64,000 bases of DNA, taken from NCBI GenBank assembly GCA_001567355.1, contig JYNZ01000006.1, forward strand, positions 18,109 to 82,108. The letters run 5' to 3'. Shown here in pieces: positions 48,683 through 58,708 of this stretch; the stretch's first letter is position 1, and every line of letters begins with the position of its first letter. The notes beneath the pieces are model-generated. The model had not been told where the DNA came from. It did not search any database and saw only the letters and a program-made list of their open reading frames with translations. Position numbers and translations under genes: made by a program. Source of the stretch: a candidate division WS6 bacterium OLB20 (GTDB taxonomy: Bacteria; Patescibacteriota; Dojkabacteria; B142; OLB20).

Positions 48683-50506
48683 ATGTTCATACTCAGACAA
48701 CTGGAAAAGCTCGTCTATTCGCTGCGCGATTCGTTGTGGATCTATCCCGAGCTGGTTTTTGTCGATAAAAATTCATTCTGGTTTCAGCTGAGATCTCTCT
48801 ACCATACTGCCCGCCCGGTCAGTCATTATCTGTTTTACGGACTGCTGACTGTCGTATTCTTTGCATATGCCAGTTCTCATGTGTCCGCTGTCCTGCGGGT
48901 CAATACAGACATTCTTCATGAGGGCGTAATTGTGGGTGTGGACGAGAACGGTCAGCTGCAGCGGCTGAGCAGGATCAATCCGCTTATTAATACAAACATT
49001 CAGCTGGAGCAGGATCTGATTGAACTGATCTATGACGATCTCATCATCGTAAACCAGGATGGTGAGAGCATAGGCGGACTTGCCGACTACGGAGAACTTG
49101 AGAAGGGCAAGCTGTACCGCTTCCGCCTCTACCCGGATCGTTACTGGCATGACGGACAGAAAGTGACGACTGCTGATGTCGAAGCCACATTTAACCTCCT
49201 GCAGATGCTCGAAGAAGATCCTGTGACGAGTACGCTGCATTCGCGTGCGGTAAGCAAGATGGAGATGAATGTTCTTGATGAGTATTCGTTTGAGCTGAAA
49301 CTCAACTCTGTCATCCCCGGTTTCTTCGAGGCTGTGGGATTTAAGGTTCTGCCTGCTCATCTGATTGCCGAGCTCGACACCCGAAATATCGTTACCTCTG
49401 ATCCGGTTATTAACAGAAACCCTGTCGGTACAGGTCCGTTCAGATTCGGTATCGTCGATGATGACTCAATCACGCTGACAGCAAATCCGGATTATCCTTC
49501 AGATACCGGTTCGATCAGAGAGATTCATTTTCACCTCTATCCTGATGAAAACAGCGCAATATCCGCTCTACGCGGAGGAAAGATCCATACATTGCCTGGT
49601 GTGTCACTGAATAAGCTTCGCGAACTTGAACAGGTGCCGAATCTGCAGATTTACGAGAGTTCTGTTATATACAATCAGTACTGGGGAATGTACTTTAATC
49701 TGAACGACGAAGGGCCTGCAGCGTTCGACGATATCAATGTACGTCGTGCAATCTCCAGCGCCATTAACCGTGAACGTATCATCGAAACATTGCTTGGTTA
49801 TGCAGTAGAGGCAAAGGGGGCAATTCCTCCGGACTCGTGGGCACATGTAGTCACATCGGGCTATCTCTACGACGCGGCCAAGGCACGCGAACTGCTCGAG
49901 GAAGCCGGCTGGAAGATACCGGATGGTGATACGGTAAGACAGAAGGACGGAACCAGACTCAGCTTTAAACTGCTGCTTGTCGACAATGCCGACAGATCTC
50001 AACTGGCCAGGAGTATTCAGCAGGATCTTGCTGATGTCGGTATTGAGGTGACAATTGAGGCAAAACCAAAAGAGCAGGTCGTGTCTGAGCATATTGTCCC
50101 GCGTGTCTTTGATGCGCTTCTGTATGGTGTCGAAACATTCGATGATCCTGACCGCTACGAGCTCTTTCACAGTTCTCAGATTGAGCATCCCGGAATCAAT
50201 ATTTCGTCGTATGCATCAATCGAAAAGGTGCTGACAGTCCGCGAGGGTAAGCAGGAACGTATACCTGAAGTTGACGATCTTCTTGATGATGCCCGCAGTC
50301 TGATCGAGCAGGACGAACGCAAACAGAAGTACGAAATCTTCCAGACTATTATCGCCCGGGAGGTGCCTGTTGTGTTTCTGTTTCATCCAAAAGAGGTCTA
50401 TATGGCAAATAAGCGGGTGAACGGTATCCGGCTGGATAATATTGAGACAGTAGAGGAACGGTTCCGCAACATCAGCGAGTGGACAATAAAGGCTGGCTCG
50501 ACCTGA
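48683..50506 (+). CDS. ABC transporter substrate-binding protein, family 5 (peptide/nickel type), membrane-anchored
   Basis: 'GTGPFRF', 'YRFRLYPDRYWHDG', overall SBP_bac_5 architecture; N-terminal TM. Confidence 0.7.
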   Translation: MFILRQLEKLVYSLRDSLWIYPELVFVDKNSFWFQLRSLYHTARPVSHYLFYGLLTVVFFAYASSHVSAVLRVNTDILHEGVIVGVDENGQLQRLSRINPLINTNIQLEQDLIELIYDDLIIVNQDGESIGGLADYGELEKGKLYRFRLYPDRYWHDGQKVTTADVEATFNLLQMLEEDPVTSTLHSRAVSKMEMNVLDEYSFELKLNSVIPGFFEAVGFKVLPAHLIAELDTRNIVTSDPVINRNPVGTGPFRFGIVDDDSITLTANPDYPSDTGSIREIHFHLYPDENSAISALRGGKIHTLPGVSLNKLRELEQVPNLQIYESSVIYNQYWGMYFNLNDEGPAAFDDINVRRAISSAINRERIIETLLGYAVEAKGAIPPDSWAHVVTSGYLYDAAKARELLEEAGWKIPDGDTVRQKDGTRLSFKLLLVDNADRSQLARSIQQDLADVGIEVTIEAKPKEQVVSEHIVPRVFDALLYGVETFDDPDRYELFHSSQIEHPGINISSYASIEKVLTVREGKQERIPEVDDLLDDARSLIEQDERKQKYEIFQTIIAREVPVVFLFHPKEVYMANKRVNGIRLDNIETVEERFRNISEWTIKAGST

Positions 50507-50564
50507 AGCAGCAATTGCGCTACAATGTGCGGGTAATGAACTGATTATTTTTTAGTGAGTTTGC

Positions 50565-51140
50565 ATGCCAATTCTTATCATTCTGTGTCTTATCGGTTTG
50601 CCCCTTACCGTCATAATCGGTGGACTTCTGTTTATTGTCGGCCTCTATAACGGTCTTGTCCGTGCCAAGGTTCTTGTCGACGAGGCCTGGAGCGGTATTG
50701 ATGTGCAGCTTAAGCGCCGGTATGACCTGATCCCGAATCTTGTAGAGACAGTTAAGGGATATGCTTCGCACGAAAAATCAACATTCGAAGAGGTCACCAA
50801 GTTGCGCTCCATGGCAATGCAGGCAACTGATGTCGCAGAAAAAAGCAAGCTTGAGAATCAGCTGACAAATACACTTAAGAGTCTGTTCGCTGTCGCAGAA
50901 AACTACCCTGAACTTAAGGCCAACGAGAATTTTCTCAACCTGCAGGGGACGCTGAACGAGATCGAAACAGAGATTCAGGGTGCACGCAGATACTACAATG
51001 GTGCTGTTCGCGATTTCAACACAAAGATCATGGTCTTCCCGAATAATCTGATTGCCGGAATGCTCGGCTTTACTGCCCGTGAGTTCTTTGAGGCAGAAGA
51101 GGGGGAACGGGAAAACGTAAAAGTAGACTTCAAATCTTAA
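50565..51140 (+). CDS. lemA: LemA family protein
   Basis: N-terminal TM, 'AWSGIDVQLKRRYDLIPNLVE', 'YPELKANENF', 'RRYYNGAVRDFN'. Confidence 0.85.
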   Translation: MPILIILCLIGLPLTVIIGGLLFIVGLYNGLVRAKVLVDEAWSGIDVQLKRRYDLIPNLVETVKGYASHEKSTFEEVTKLRSMAMQATDVAEKSKLENQLTNTLKSLFAVAENYPELKANENFLNLQGTLNEIETEIQGARRYYNGAVRDFNTKIMVFPNNLIAGMLGFTAREFFEAEEGERENVKVDFKS

Positions 51141-51146
51141 ACAACT

Positions 51147-53180
51147 GTGAACTACCTGGCTACATGGTTGCGGCTTGTGCCGGCAGGAATTGCTGCTGCA
51201 TTTCTTCTGCTGCTTGCGCCTCATGCAGTGTCAGCCCAGGAACGCACATACGTATACGACTCCATTGATGTAACGATTGACGTTCATGAGGACTCAACGG
51301 TTGATGTCACCGAGCGGATAACGCAGCGTTTTGATGGTACTTTCCGTGGTGTGCGACGTGATATCGCTCTTACGGACCCGGCTGCGCTTGCGCGCTGTCA
51401 GACAAATCCCGCGCTGCAGTGCGGAGGATTCTCGTACATGGAGATCACCGGGGTCTATGATAACGAAGGCCGGCTGATTTCACCGAGCCGCTACTCGGTG
51501 GAGCCCATTGTTTCGGGTGGTGAACAACGACTTGAGGTTGTCTGGGTATTCTCGGAAAACGGCAGAGTATTTGAGGACGAACTGTTCACCTGGACTGTGA
51601 CATATCGTGTTTACGGCAGTCTCGGCTTTTTTGATGACTACGATCTGCTTTACTGGGATGCCATCTTCTCTGACAGGGATGTGAATGTCGAGGATGCATC
51701 GGTGACTGTTCTCTTCCCCGGCGATGTAAAACTCGAGAGAGATGATGTCAGCGTTCCATCACAGGGATTTGACTACAGCTTTGAGTACGTACCTGCTGAA
51801 TCGCGCCTCCGGCTGGAGACAGGACTGCTTCGTCCCTATGAGGACTTCACGGTGCTCGTGCAGTTTCCCAAGGATATTGTAACGCCGCCCGCTACGCTGC
51901 TGCTGAACACTGATCCGGATCCGATCGATGTAAGTGTTGACGGAATAATGCTCCGGGGAATCAGCGATAAACTGACCGGTCTTACAGCCGGCGAGCATAC
52001 ACTGATATTCAGTGCGGACGGCTACCAGTCAAAAGAGGTGAAGGTAAATGTTGAGGCGGGTACCAGCTCGGGTCCGCTGACTGTTGAGCTGGATCGTTCA
52101 CCCCTGGCCATGCTGATCCTGATTGCGCTTGTACTTTGCAACTGTCTGGGAATTCTTATACTACCATTCGGTATTCTGCTTCTATACAGGCAGTACAGAG
52201 CAAGTGGTGTGGACATCGGCAGAGCAAAGGTGATAGTCCCTGAGTTCGCTCCACCTGAGGGGATACGACCCTATCTGCTGGGATCGCTCAAGGATGAGAG
52301 TGTTGATCTGGTGGATGTTACCGCAACGCTGATTGATGTCGCATACAGAGGGTACATCAAGATACGGGAGTTTGAAGCTAAAACGGTACTTGGCATTAAA
52401 CTATCATCACGCGAGTATGAGTTCATCAAACAGAAGGAATTTGGAGACCTGACTCCGGTTGAACAAAAGATTCTTAATGGAATTTTCTCCGGCAAGGACA
52501 GGGTGACTACAGACACGCTGAAAAACAGCTTCTATACAAAACTTCCTGGTATCCGGGACGCAATCTATGCCGAGATGGTCAGTCGTGACTACTTCCCGCG
52601 CCGGCCTGACAAAGTACGTTCCCGCTATCAGACTATGGGCGGATTTATGATTGCAGCCGGTTTCGGGATGGCGGCTGTTTTCGTTTTCCTGCCGGTGCTG
52701 ATCGGCACTGCTGTATCGCTTGGTGTGCTCGGAATCATCACACTGGTTGCTGCGGGAAGTATGCCCGCCAAGACAGCGCTTGGATCAAAAGTCTTTGACA
52801 AGGTTCTCGGCTTTAAAATGTATATGGAGACCGCCGAACGCTTCCGGGTCCAGGATCTTACGCCTGAGACGTTTGAAAAGTATCTTTCGTATGCAATGGT
52901 GTTCGGTATCGAGAATGAATGGGCTGAACGTTTTATGGATATCTATAAAGAAGCTCCGGAATGGTTTGAGGGCAGTTCTGCAGACAGAATGCTCAATACA
53001 ATTTACATCGCTAATGCGCTGTCAAACTTCAACTCGGTTGCTGCGCAATCAATCTCTTCATCTCCATCAAGCAGCAGCAGTAGCAGCGGCTGGAGTGGTG
53101 GCGGCTGGAGCGGTGGTGGCGGTTTTTCCGGGGGATTCTCCGGTGGCGGCGGAGGAGGAGGAGGCGGGGGCGCCTTTTAG
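51147..53180 (+). CDS. DUF2207-family membrane protein with poly-Gly C-terminus
   Basis: Signal/TM, central TM pair, C-terminal 'SSSGWSGGGWSGGGGFSGGFSGGGGGGGGGGAF'. Canonical LemA partner. Confidence 0.7.
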   Translation: MNYLATWLRLVPAGIAAAFLLLLAPHAVSAQERTYVYDSIDVTIDVHEDSTVDVTERITQRFDGTFRGVRRDIALTDPAALARCQTNPALQCGGFSYMEITGVYDNEGRLISPSRYSVEPIVSGGEQRLEVVWVFSENGRVFEDELFTWTVTYRVYGSLGFFDDYDLLYWDAIFSDRDVNVEDASVTVLFPGDVKLERDDVSVPSQGFDYSFEYVPAESRLRLETGLLRPYEDFTVLVQFPKDIVTPPATLLLNTDPDPIDVSVDGIMLRGISDKLTGLTAGEHTLIFSADGYQSKEVKVNVEAGTSSGPLTVELDRSPLAMLILIALVLCNCLGILILPFGILLLYRQYRASGVDIGRAKVIVPEFAPPEGIRPYLLGSLKDESVDLVDVTATLIDVAYRGYIKIREFEAKTVLGIKLSSREYEFIKQKEFGDLTPVEQKILNGIFSGKDRVTTDTLKNSFYTKLPGIRDAIYAEMVSRDYFPRRPDKVRSRYQTMGGFMIAAGFGMAAVFVFLPVLIGTAVSLGVLGIITLVAAGSMPAKTALGSKVFDKVLGFKMYMETAERFRVQDLTPETFEKYLSYAMVFGIENEWAERFMDIYKEAPEWFEGSSADRMLNTIYIANALSNFNSVAAQSISSSPSSSSSSSGWSGGGWSGGGGFSGGFSGGGGGGGGGGAF

Positions 53181-53252
53181 TATTGCCCAGATTGCGCTGT
53201 TTCCTGTATGATACAATCATCTTCGTAACATTTACTTAAGCACGCAGAAGGC

Positions 53253-54638
53253 TTGAAACGCTCAACTATCCGACTGATCTTCACTGCTCTTGTTACTATT
53301 GTCGCATTCCTGATTGCAATACCGACGATCACCTTCAGTACAGGCGAGGGGTATACACGCATCCGCGGTCTCAACCCCGAAGACTTAAATTCCAGCTTTC
53401 TGACCCGTGAGTTCGGCTTCCGTCCGTCACTTGATTTTCAGGAGGGACAGGAGACCGAGTTCACTGTCGATCTGTCAGTCGTTCCACCGCGTGATCGTGA
53501 GTCTACACTGACCAGGATCAGAAACATTTTCTACCGCAGACTTCAGATATCAGGACTTGGTGATTTTGAGCTGGATTCACTCCAGAACCACCAGACTGAA
53601 TCATACAAGCTGATTCTGCACACGTCAGAACGACTCAACCCGCTGCTGCTCGAGCTGTTGGGTAGCAGAGGGCAGATTTCGGCCTGGATCGATGACGCCA
53701 CAGTCGATAGAAACGAAGCCACTGACGAACAGTTACAGGACCCGTTTTTCGGACGGCTGCAGACAGGAATTACTAACGAGGATATCGAATCAGCAGCTGT
53801 AATCTCGGATTCACGAATATACCTGTTTGATCCTTCTGCACCGCAGAACTTCGGCATCCGGCTCACATTCCGCCCTGAAGCAGCATCTTCCTATGTGACT
53901 GCAGCTCAGCAGAGCATCGGCAGCTCGCCTATACTCTATGCAATAGACAGCGATCCGATCGCGTTTCAGTCGCCCGGGCAGACCTTTGATTACCTTAATC
54001 CTGGCAGAACATCACTGCTTGCAACACTTTCAGAGGACAGTCGCGAGACTAATGCGGTTATTGCCTCGATCTTCTCAACACCGACAATTGATTTTCCTGT
54101 CAATCTGACCGAGCAGCAGACGCTTCATCCACGCTACGGTCAGGTAACTATCACTGTCCTGCAGCTTGGGGCACTTGTCGCGTTCCTTCTCGTTCAGGGA
54201 GCGTTCTGGATCTACTTCCGCAGGCAAGCAGTGTTTTCGTTTGCAGTCCAGCTGCTGTTTGCTATCTGGGGTGTGGCTCTACTGAAGATGTTCAACGTGA
54301 CGCTCAGTCTCGGAACGCTGCTTGGCTTCATGAGCGGGCTGGCAATGTTTATGATATTTATGGCTTTTATGCTGTTCCGTCTGCGGGACTTTGCCAAAGA
54401 AGGCTACAGCAAGGATGAGCTTAAGCAGGTGTACGAAGAATCATTCGGCAGCTACAGAATGTTTGCCATTGCAGCGTTGTTTCTGGTTCTTGTCGCACAG
54501 ACTCTCGGTTTCCTCTCGCTTGCACAATTTGGTAACGGTATCGGGTTTGCTCTCGTTACCGGAATCCTGATAATACTGATCGCTGTCCGCGCGTTGCTGC
54601 CACAGTTCTACCTAAGCAGAAATAAGAAGAAATCATGA
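53253..54638 (+). CDS. secD: SecD-like protein-export membrane protein
   Basis: N-terminal TM, periplasmic domain, C-terminal helix bundle with 'LSLGTLLGFMSGLAMFMIFMAFMLFRLRDF' resembling the SecD TM4-6 block. Confidence 0.5.
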   Translation: MKRSTIRLIFTALVTIVAFLIAIPTITFSTGEGYTRIRGLNPEDLNSSFLTREFGFRPSLDFQEGQETEFTVDLSVVPPRDRESTLTRIRNIFYRRLQISGLGDFELDSLQNHQTESYKLILHTSERLNPLLLELLGSRGQISAWIDDATVDRNEATDEQLQDPFFGRLQTGITNEDIESAAVISDSRIYLFDPSAPQNFGIRLTFRPEAASSYVTAAQQSIGSSPILYAIDSDPIAFQSPGQTFDYLNPGRTSLLATLSEDSRETNAVIASIFSTPTIDFPVNLTEQQTLHPRYGQVTITVLQLGALVAFLLVQGAFWIYFRRQAVFSFAVQLLFAIWGVALLKMFNVTLSLGTLLGFMSGLAMFMIFMAFMLFRLRDFAKEGYSKDELKQVYEESFGSYRMFAIAALFLVLVAQTLGFLSLAQFGNGIGFALVTGILIILIAVRALLPQFYLSRNKKKS

Positions 54639-55551
54639 AGCTTCTGAGGTCCAATACAGCCCGTTTACTGGCACTTCTGATCGTAATAGCCGCTGGCGCC
54701 GGTCTTCAGCTTGCCTATGACTTCCGTCAGGGAGTAGATCTGGATAACGCGACAGTACTTGAGGTAACCTTTGATCATCCCGAGACAGTGCAGACCGTGA
54801 CAAGGGCGGCAAATGAAGCGCATGTACCGGTCCGCATGGACAGGACAGGCGATGCCTCGTTCAGGCTTTATTATCAGAACAGATCACCGGAAGAGATTGA
54901 ATCGGTTCGCCAGCGCCTGGAAGAGAATCTGGGTACGATAACACAGCATTCTGTCTACCAGAGCATTCCCGGCACATCCTTTGTTGTATCTCAGAGTCGC
55001 TGCAGAACGCTGTCGGGTTTTCTGCTGCCACGGTCGTCCTGTTTCTGCTGATTGCCTTCAGGGGTAAAAACTTCCGCCTGATTGATGTCCTGACATTTAT
55101 CCTGGCTCTGCTTGTCGTTATGCTTTTGTGGCATACATCTGTTCTGCTTATTGCAATGGCTGCAATCAGTGCAGCAGGTTTTGGATTATCACTCTGGATG
55201 CTGCCTGTAATCGCCATCTGGTTCGGAATCTTCGCCACTGTCTTTGTGTTCTCGCTCTACCGTTTTCTGTTTATGCTTAAAGATGCGCGGCCGGACAGGA
55301 TTGCTCTGCACTGGAATACTTTTGCTTCGGAGAACTTCCAGACTGCTGCCTTTGCGGCTGTTGTCAGCGCCGTACCGTTTCTGATCTTCATTATCATGCC
55401 GCTGCCGCAATCACTGCTCGTTGCAATGATTGCAGGATCAGCTGCTGCATCGCTTGTTGGAGTCTATTACATCTTTGGTGCATTCCTGCACCTGCTTGTG
55501 TCCGGATCACGTAAACTCAAGCTTCACAAGCGTGTCAGCCGCAGATGGTAA
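54635..55551 (+). pseudogene. secF: SecF-like protein split by 1-nt frameshift (ORFs 54635..55051 and 55120..55551)
   Basis: The -1 frame is open from about 54990 ('...LQNAVGFSAATVVLFLLIAFRGKNFRLIDVLTFILALLVVMLLWHTSVLL...') and runs straight into the second ORF. 4-nt overlap with upstream secD-like. Confidence 0.5.
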
Positions 55552-56051
55552 TAGCAGATCTTCAGGCGCAGTCGTTCCCGGAGTTCTACAAAGTGTTTTC
55601 TGATCTGATGCATGAGGGGTATGCAGGGTTTCCAAAGCGCCTGCAGGATCATTTCCTCCGGTATGACTACTCAGCCAGCGCCATGCAGAACTGGTTGGAA
55701 CTCGGCCTGCGCAAATTTCTCATAGCATTCGACGATGACGGCATCTCAGGGTTTCTTGTCGGCGACAACAGCTACGGGGGAGTGGCATTTGTCAGCTGGA
55801 TAGGCGTCGCCAGGGAAAAGCGCAATGCGGGGGTTGGCAGTTCGCTGCTTGAAGCGTATGAGCAGTTTGCGAAATCTCGTGCCGCACACTTGATAGAACT
55901 CTTCACATTTGATACAGTCAAGCCGTTTTATATAGCCCGGGGATATAAAGAGGCTGGCAGGCGTGAATCAGGGTATTACGGAAGACAGAACGTGATCATG
56001 AATAAAACGATCGGCTCCTGGTCAGAAAAAAACCTCCCCGCGCTGACGTAA
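55545..56051 (+). CDS. GNAT family N-acetyltransferase
   Basis: Motif A 'VAREKRNAGVGSSLLEAYEQFA', 'ARGYKEAG'. Confidence 0.65.
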   Translation: MVIADLQAQSFPEFYKVFSDLMHEGYAGFPKRLQDHFLRYDYSASAMQNWLELGLRKFLIAFDDDGISGFLVGDNSYGGVAFVSWIGVAREKRNAGVGSSLLEAYEQFAKSRAAHLIELFTFDTVKPFYIARGYKEAGRRESGYYGRQNVIMNKTIGSWSEKNLPALT

Positions 56052-56087
56052 CAATTATTTGAACTGATCGTATGGAAGAATGAGCCC

Positions 56088-57497
56088 TTGTGGCTCTTGT
56101 TTTTTATCATGGCAGAAGCACAGACAAACCAGACAAGACCGATCGTATTCCCTCAAGGAGTAGGCATGACCCGATCTGTAGATAGCGGCATGACGCCGCG
56201 TCTGCAGCCGCGTGCTACTCAGGTAATCAATCCCGATAGTCTGCACGGCATAACATTTACCGGCGAAACAGGGACCGTGGAGATCAACGGACATGAACCG
56301 CTGTTTGTCACGGGAGACAGTATCGGATACGTTCTTGACGGACAACGACTGCTGAAGATCGCTCTGCAGCCTACACCTGAGAACGATCCATTCAGGCTGC
56401 CCGACGAGGCAGGTATTGTCTCGGGTATACACGGGCAGATGGATACTGAGCGGCGTGTAGGAGAGAATGTTGAACATCCGTATCTGCGCAGAGTAACCAC
56501 GCTGCATATGCTGACACATCCTGAGCTGACGCCGCGAGGCTTTGTAACACTCGCTTTAGAGGCTGACTACATTCCCGGCTCGTCCGTGGCAGAAATCCTT
56601 GATCAGATCCGTCTGCAGGAAGAGGATGCAGAACTGAGACAAAACGCCGCCAGAACACGGCGAAATCTGGCACAGTCTATGGTGACTGCGGCGAGTGCAA
56701 ATCAGCAGATGCTTCGCAAGGGTCTGTTGCACAGAGATATAAAGCCTTCAAACATGATTGTGCCCGAAGGGCATGTAGAAGAGATTGCAGTACACGCCGG
56801 TGTCACACATCTGATCGATACTGGTTGTGCTCAGGGAGTAGATGATGCAATACCTGCAGATCGCGATGGGACAGAGGACTACAAGGATCCGCTGCTGACT
56901 GAAATAGGGGCACGCGCTGTTGGCATCGGCAATGATGTCTATTCTCATGGTGCAGCAGCTGCGGAAATGCTTACAGACATAAAAGGTCAGAGCAACTTTG
57001 CAGGTCCGCTGCTTGAGCGCCATGGTGGCAGCATCAGATCGCTGTATGCGGTAAACCGTCTGCTGAATGCTGCGATGGATTCTGTTTATGAAAAACGCAT
57101 CAGTTCACCGCTTCTGTTCAGTCTTCTTCTGCGCGAGCTGTTGCGCGATGATGCAGATGCACGACCTGATTTTGCCGAGATGCTGATTAACTATGCAACA
57201 GAAGTCCGCCGTCCTGACCAGCCGCAGTATGCTGTCCATGCAGAACGTGATTTCGTTGAGGTTCTTGAGTTTGCGACCAATGATGACATGCGTGAAGAGC
57301 TGCTCGTTAAACTGAGACGTAACCCCTTACGCACCAGACAGTATCTGGTCGATCTTGAGCTTATCAGTCATGGTGACAGTCATCACGGGACCGATTATGC
57401 TGAAATGCTGGTTCGCGAACTTGAAAAGACGCCCTCTCAGAAAGAGGCTGAACTCACGGGCAGAAGCACGATTGAATTTCCTGTAACCTCTGACTGA
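56088..57497 (+). CDS. Divergent eukaryotic-like Ser/Thr protein kinase domain protein
   Basis: Catalytic loop 'LLHRDIKPSNMIV', 'DTG' in place of DFG, subdomain IX-like 'DVYSHGAAAAEMLTD', candidate beta3 Lys 'RLLKIAL'. Confidence 0.55.
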   Translation: MWLLFFIMAEAQTNQTRPIVFPQGVGMTRSVDSGMTPRLQPRATQVINPDSLHGITFTGETGTVEINGHEPLFVTGDSIGYVLDGQRLLKIALQPTPENDPFRLPDEAGIVSGIHGQMDTERRVGENVEHPYLRRVTTLHMLTHPELTPRGFVTLALEADYIPGSSVAEILDQIRLQEEDAELRQNAARTRRNLAQSMVTAASANQQMLRKGLLHRDIKPSNMIVPEGHVEEIAVHAGVTHLIDTGCAQGVDDAIPADRDGTEDYKDPLLTEIGARAVGIGNDVYSHGAAAAEMLTDIKGQSNFAGPLLERHGGSIRSLYAVNRLLNAAMDSVYEKRISSPLLFSLLLRELLRDDADARPDFAEMLINYATEVRRPDQPQYAVHAERDFVEVLEFATNDDMREELLVKLRRNPLRTRQYLVDLELISHGDSHHGTDYAEMLVRELEKTPSQKEAELTGRSTIEFPVTSD

Positions 57498-57509
57498 TCA
57501 GGGATCCTG

Positions 57510-57956
57510 TCAGTTATACTCCTGGCTGTAAAATCCGGAGATGACCTTGGCACGTTCGTCGTAAACCTGGATATATATTCTGAAGGGGCGGGGAATTGAT
57601 TCCATGTCCGGTATTACAAACGCCTCGTTATCTGCGGCTGTGATATTGATCTCTTTGCCTTCGAGTCTCAACCACTGTCCATCCTGCAGCACCTCCACGC
57701 TGCCGATGCAGGTGTGTTCGGCACAGACAATATATGCATCATCGTCAAGATCCGGCTCCAGTCGAACACCGTCTCCATCCTCATTAAGACTGCGAATATC
57801 CACATTTGATGTGTCTTCGGACAGGGCACGGACTTCCGGATAGGAGAGCGGTTCTCTGGAAGTGCTGTTGCCTGGCTGCATCGCATTGTAAAGAGACAGT
57901 GCAAATACAAACAAAACGGTGGCGACTGTCAGAACAATGAGTGTCCGACGGTTCAT
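57510..57956 (-). CDS. Small secreted/anchored hypothetical protein
   Basis: Signal-like 'MNRRTLIVLTVATVLFVFALSLYNA'. Confidence 0.35.
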   Translation of the reverse strand: MNRRTLIVLTVATVLFVFALSLYNAMQPGNSTSREPLSYPEVRALSEDTSNVDIRSLNEDGDGVRLEPDLDDDAYIVCAEHTCIGSVEVLQDGQWLRLEGKEINITAADNEAFVIPDMESIPRPFRIYIQVYDERAKVISGFYSQEYN

Positions 57957-58681
57957 CAGTCAAATACCCGCTCAATCTTGCGGGCGATGTAATAGGTATT
58001 ACCGTTACCGTTTCTGCCGTCTGCGGTATATATGCTTACAATTTCAAGTCCTGCGTTTGTACAAAGCTGACGTACTTCATCCTGTGTGTAGGCATGAGCA
58101 TAGCGGAGTAATCGTGGATCACCTTTCCAGTCAAGCAGAAAATCACCCTGATCTACATCTTCAGGGCTGAGGCCGATCTCCGCCCAGGAGTGCTGTCTGC
58201 GGATAAGCCAGGGCTGGTCTTTAAAGTTCCAGGTAGTGAAGATTGTATATCCCTGAAGATCTATGTGCTTGCTCAGCTCGGAAAAGAACACCTGACGGGT
58301 TGAGATACCAGGCAGATGATGGGTAATCCCGAATGCGGCAACCAGGTCAAAATGTCCGACGGGCCAGGGGTATTCCAGAATATCATGTTTAAACAGTTTA
58401 AGATCCGGGTTGCGCAGTGCTGCGATCGAGAGCAGTTCTTCTGATGTATCCATGCCGCGGTAGTCGACCTTGAACTTGCTTCTGAGAAAATCATAAAAGC
58501 GCGCATTGCCGCAGGCGACATCGAGGACATGCAGCGGCTGGAATTTAAGCTTTTTAAATTCCTCCAGCATCAGCACCCACCCGTCCCACGGCTCCGACCT
58601 GCTGTCTGAGAAGTCCTGGGAGGCATTACGGTACATTCTGATATTGAGGCTGTTAAGTTTTTGAATGGTATCGGGGGTCAT
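57956..58681 (-). CDS. Class I SAM methyltransferase, Trm9/ALKBH8-like
   Basis: 'LDVACGNARFYDFL' (GCGNGKY-like), 'FDLVAAFGITHHL' (AVIHHF-like), 'YTIFTTWNFK'. Divergent from ELP3. Confidence 0.6.
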   Translation of the reverse strand: MTPDTIQKLNSLNIRMYRNASQDFSDSRSEPWDGWVLMLEEFKKLKFQPLHVLDVACGNARFYDFLRSKFKVDYRGMDTSEELLSIAALRNPDLKLFKHDILEYPWPVGHFDLVAAFGITHHLPGISTRQVFFSELSKHIDLQGYTIFTTWNFKDQPWLIRRQHSWAEIGLSPEDVDQGDFLLDWKGDPRLLRYAHAYTQDEVRQLCTNAGLEIVSIYTADGRNGNGNTYYIARKIERVFD

Positions 58682-58708
58682 AATGATACAATTATACCGC
58701 TTAGAACG

